DNA of 64,000 nucleotides from the NCBI GenBank assembly GCA_964234715.1, contig OZ174277.1; one strand, written 5' to 3'. Positions 60,103 to 64,000 of the stretch are shown here, piece by piece. Position numbers and translations under genes: made by a program. Position 1 is the stretch's first letter, and the number at the start of each line of letters is the position of its first letter. Under the pieces are notes generated by a model, which was not told where the DNA came from, made no database searches, and saw only the letters and a program-made list of their open reading frames with translations. This DNA is from Podarcis melisellensis (lineage: Eukaryota).

Positions 60103-62197
60103 AAACAGATCTCTTTGAGGTCAAGGAATTCACACTACTGCCTACCTATCTTCTGTAGCAGATGCCAGACGGTCTATCAAGGGCATGATCAAGTCAACTA
60201 AAGTGACACCTACAGGTCAATGCAGGTCAGTGATGATGGGAGCTGGAAGGCCACACTGGCTACCCCTACTCTAGATTTTATAGGATTTGCTACATGCAGA
60301 ACCGGTTGATATATCGGGTGAATATCCTTACAGAAAGACCATTTTCTTCAGCATGCAAATAGCTCTGCTTCTCTCAGCAGTGTAGCAAGCCACTGGGGTG
60401 CCTGGGGCAGCAAAGCTAGAGGGTGGGTTGTGCTGCTGGAGCTGCGTCTCTCCCAGGCACCTCCATGTGGGAGATGCCGTGTGCGTGCGTCACCCCAGCA
60501 TGGCCTGCAAAAGCAGTGTGGGGCTAGGGTTTTCAGAGTTTGTTTCAAAGTTAGGATGAGGAATGGGGTCTGGCCAGTAGGCTAGATTGTTAACCCTCCC
60601 CAACCCTTGTGGGCCAGCTTTGACAGGTGGGTGGAGCTGCCCACTTGTCAGTCATCTAATGTCACAATGTCACATGACCTTTTTTGCCCACAAGGGTCTT
60701 CCATAGTACGTACTTGGCAAAGTGCTCTGCGAGACAGAGCTTTGAAACCCAGGCAGAAGGGCGGGGTATAAATAATAAATTGTTGTTGCTGTTGCTGCTG
60801 TTAACCAGCAGAATATTGGCAATTCCTTTTCAAAGTGCTATCTTGCTTTGTGAGTGTGAATAAAAATCCTGATCTGCCCCCACCACTTCTCTCAGTCAGT
60901 CTGTCATGTGTATCTCCTTCAAATGTAAAAATTGGTGCCTTAGAAGCCCCTGGGAGACATGACTGATGTGAGCATCTGGCTCTGCATTTTGTTTGTCAGA
61001 AGGAGCAAGGGGTCACTCCTCCCAGAGAGAGGAAAGAGACTTTAAAAAGCTGAGCTGCCCTGGCAGTGTTGTTCCCTCCCACCATCAGGGATCCAGATCG
61101 GACTTTCTATGAAGCTGGCCATCTTCGCTGCTGGCTTGTAAGCCAAACAGCTCTATTATAGTGAATAGGCTAGCATTAGTGCAGTTTTAGAACCACAGGG
61201 CTCTGGTTTATTGTGTTGCCTGTTTTGACCTCCTGCCTGCTTTCCCCTAGCTTTTATTTTTAATGAAGTTTCCTAATTTGACCACACACACACACACCTC
61301 AGGGTTCTAGAAGCCCCAGCCCCCGTGCCTAGATGATTGGAGTTCATGCTACTGAAAGTTTAGGCTCAGAGTTGTGCGAGTCCAATACGTTCTTCTGAGA
61401 TCTGGGAGAGACATGGGGAGTTTTGGCCGCCTTTAAACTCTGACTAACTTGCAAGGGAACTGCTTGGGAAACACAGGGTGTCTTGGTCTCAAGTGTTCCT
61501 GGAGTTTAAGAAGTTTAGGGGGTTCTGCCAGGGAAACAAGGAAGTAGCTTGGATATTGGCCTAAGACAAGGCAGCTAAAAGCTGGTCCTAGTTTCCCGAA
61601 CAACTTGTGTGCAGGTTGCACTGAGGAGTGCTGGGTGCACTGGCTTTCAAAAAATGCCTGCTTTCATACCAGGTCCCCTCCCATCCAGGCAACGAGTTAA
61701 GTGGTGGTGGCAGCAACTACCTGAGAGTAAGAGCCATTGAGAACACTGCAGGGTTGTGGTGTTGCAGCTGGATAAGGAGAGGGGTGGAAGATGTATAGGC
61801 ACTGAAGCCTCTATGGGCTGGATGAAGTCTGCAAAATTGCAGATAAATAGTTCCAGTGCTTTTTGTAGGGAAAGTAATTCACTTTATTATGTCATCCACA
61901 GGACAGGCAGGTTGCTGCCATTTGTCTAGCACAGAGGACAACTTGAATCAGCCAAGTAGGACTCAAAATATAGCTAACATTATATTCTATGAAAAAAACA
62001 TTCCCTGCAGTTGTTGGAGAAGGTAAACAGTATAAACAGTCTGCAACTGTGCCAGTGTTTCAAACTGATAGTATGTAATATGCTGAATGTTATGTTATGT
62101 AATGGAATGCTATGTTATGAGACCTCTGGGTACAGAGAAGTATACAAATTTAATAAATAATAGTAATAATAAAGGAAAGGGTGTTCTGTTTCCCTTA

Positions 62198-62438
62198 GCC
62201 AGCGTGGTGTGGCGGTTAAGAGCGGTAGACTTGTAATCTGGTGAACTGGGTTTGCATCTCCGCTCCTCCACCTGCAGCTGCTGGGTGACCTTGGGCCAGT
62301 CACACTTCCCTGAAGCCTCTCAGCCCCACTCACCTCACAGAGTGTTTGTTGTGGGGGAGGAAGGGAAAGGAGGTAGTGAGCCGCTTGGAGACTCCTTAGG
62401 GTAGTGATAAAGCGGGGTATCAAATCCAAACTATTCTT
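62198..62438 (+). mobile_element. tRNA-derived SINE (Squam3-like)
   Basis: Same family as 9160-9402. Confidence 0.82.
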
Positions 62439-62738
62439 AGTTCAAAAGGTTCCCCTTCTGTACGTTATGTGATGTCTTCCTACATACTTTGTGCAGCCAC
62501 AGTATTCTGCTGTTGTGAAAAAGGAGCCTACTTCAGACAAGTCAATCATCTTTAAATCCCACTGATCGCAACAGGAGAAAGTTACACATGTTCTCCTCTC
62601 CCACCGCAATCAATGGTGCTCAGAAGTGCATAGCTTTAAGTGAATTGTGTCCTCATTTAGTTCTCAAGGAAGCAAAAAGAAAGTTTGCTTTATTCAAAGG
62701 AAGTAAAATATCTTATTTTCAAGAATTTCTCTGGGCTA

Positions 62739-62740
<2 letters not shown>

Positions 62741-62793
<53 letters not shown>

Positions 62794-63895
62794 ACCCCAC
62801 CCATCTGGCTGGGTTTCCCCAGCCACTCTGGGCGGCTTCCAACAAAACACTAAAATACAGTAACCTATTAAACATTAAAAGCTTCCCTAATCAGGGCTGC
62901 TTTCAGATGTCTTCTAAAAGTTTGGTAGTTGTTTTTCTCTTTGACATCTGGTGGGAGGGCATTCCACAGGGCGGGTGCCACTACCGAGAAGGCCCTCTGC
63001 CTGGTTCCCTGTAACTTGGCTTCTTGCAGCGAGGGAACCACCAGAAGGCCCTCGGTGCTGGACCTCAGTGTCCAGGCAGAATGATGGAGGTGGAGACACA
63101 CCTACTGGTATACTGGACCAAGGCTGTTTAGGGCTTTAAAGGTTAGCACCAACACTTTGAATTGTGCTCGGAAACGTACTGGGAGCCAGTGTAGGTCTTT
63201 CAAGACGGGTATTATATGGTCTCGGCGGCCGCTCCCAGTCACCAGTCTAGCAGCCGCATTCTGGATTAGTTGTAGTTTCCGGGTCACCTTCAAAGGTAGC
63301 CCCACGTAGACCGCATTGCAGTAGTCCAAGCGAGAGAAAACTAGAGCATGCACCACTCTGCGAGACAGTCTGCGGGCAGGTAGGGTCTCAGCCTGTGTAC
63401 CAGATGGAGCTGATAAAGAGCTGCCCTGGACACAGAGTTGGCCTGCGCCTCCATGGACAGCTGTGAGTCCAGAATGACTCCCAGGCTGCACACCTGGTCC
63501 TTCAGGAACACAGTTACCCCATTCAGGACTAGGGAGTCCTCCATACCCACCTGTCTCCTGTCCCCCCAGAACAGTAATTCTGTCTTGTCAGGATTCAACC
63601 AATCTGTTAGGTGCCATCCATCCTCCAACCGCCTCCAGACACTCACACAGGACCTTCCCCACCTTCACTGGTTCCGATTTGAAAGAGAGGTAGAGCTGGG
63701 TATCATCCGCATACTGATGAACACCCAGCCCAAACCCCCTGATGATCTCTCCCAGTGGCTGCATGTAGATGTTGAAAAGCATGGGGGAGAGGACAGAACC
63801 CTGAGGCACCCCACAAGTGAGAGCCCAGGGGTCTGAACACTCACCCCCCCCCACTTTCTGAACACAGCCCAGGAGGAAGGAGTGAAACCACTGTA
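62741..63895 (-). mobile_element. L2 LINE 3' part with (AAT)n tail, interrupted at 63896
   Basis: GVPQGSVLSPMLF, HQYADDTQLY, SRLDYCN and LHWLPVRFRAQFK motifs. Confidence 0.92.
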
Positions 63896-64000
63896 CAGTG
63901 GTACCTCAGGTTAAGTACTTAATTCGTTCCGGAGGTCTGTACTTAACCTGAAACTGTTCTCAACCTGAAGCACCACTTTAGCTAATGGGGCCTCCTGCTG
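63896..64000. mobile_element. Tc1/mariner (Tigger-like) MITE inserted in the L2, running off the window edge
   Basis: TA|cagtggtacctc TIR; matches 40530-40772 in reverse. Confidence 0.75.

Noticed and set aside
62588-62863. ORF with a poly-Leu transmembrane-like stretch
   Set aside because: Translation of the (TTA)n microsatellite tail of an L2.
37847-64000. COL4A2 exons 1-4 or a nested protein-coding gene
   Set aside because: I found no exon encoding the Cys-rich CGGRDC...CQC segment; the ORFs here are transposon-derived or lack recognisable motifs.
1-64000. CRISPR arrays or prokaryotic operons
   Set aside because: The sequence is eukaryotic and intron-rich, with no regularly spaced repeat-spacer arrays.

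Overview
Vertebrate genomic DNA, most likely a squamate and probably a lacertid lizard (inferred from Sauria SINEs and BovB, CR1 and L2 relics). The window lies inside the type IV collagen alpha-2 gene (COL4A2) on the minus strand. I traced 17 consecutive GT-AG exons (37846 down to 7735) that splice into one open Gly-X-Y frame of 1258 nt. They correspond to human exons 5-21 (numbering and sizes recalled from memory, not checked), covering the 7S domain and the start of the interrupted triple helix. Positions 37847-64000 are probably the large intron 4. The introns are dense with transposons: an apparently intact L1 abutting a second L1 family head-to-head, a CR1, an internally deleted Gypsy provirus, solo LTRs, several SINE families, a bipartite BovB derivative, and hAT and Tc1/mariner MITEs. 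The most notable observations are a minimal hammerhead ribozyme in a TSD-flanked Penelope-type fragment (20544-20581), a hAT MITE carrying telomeric repeats (two copies), a perfect 70-bp inverted repeat inside a MITE, a templated-filler deletion scar in the Gypsy element, and unusual collagen residues (Trp in a Gly-X-Y triplet, an extra RGD at an exon junction). Most short ORFs in the supplied track are spurious.
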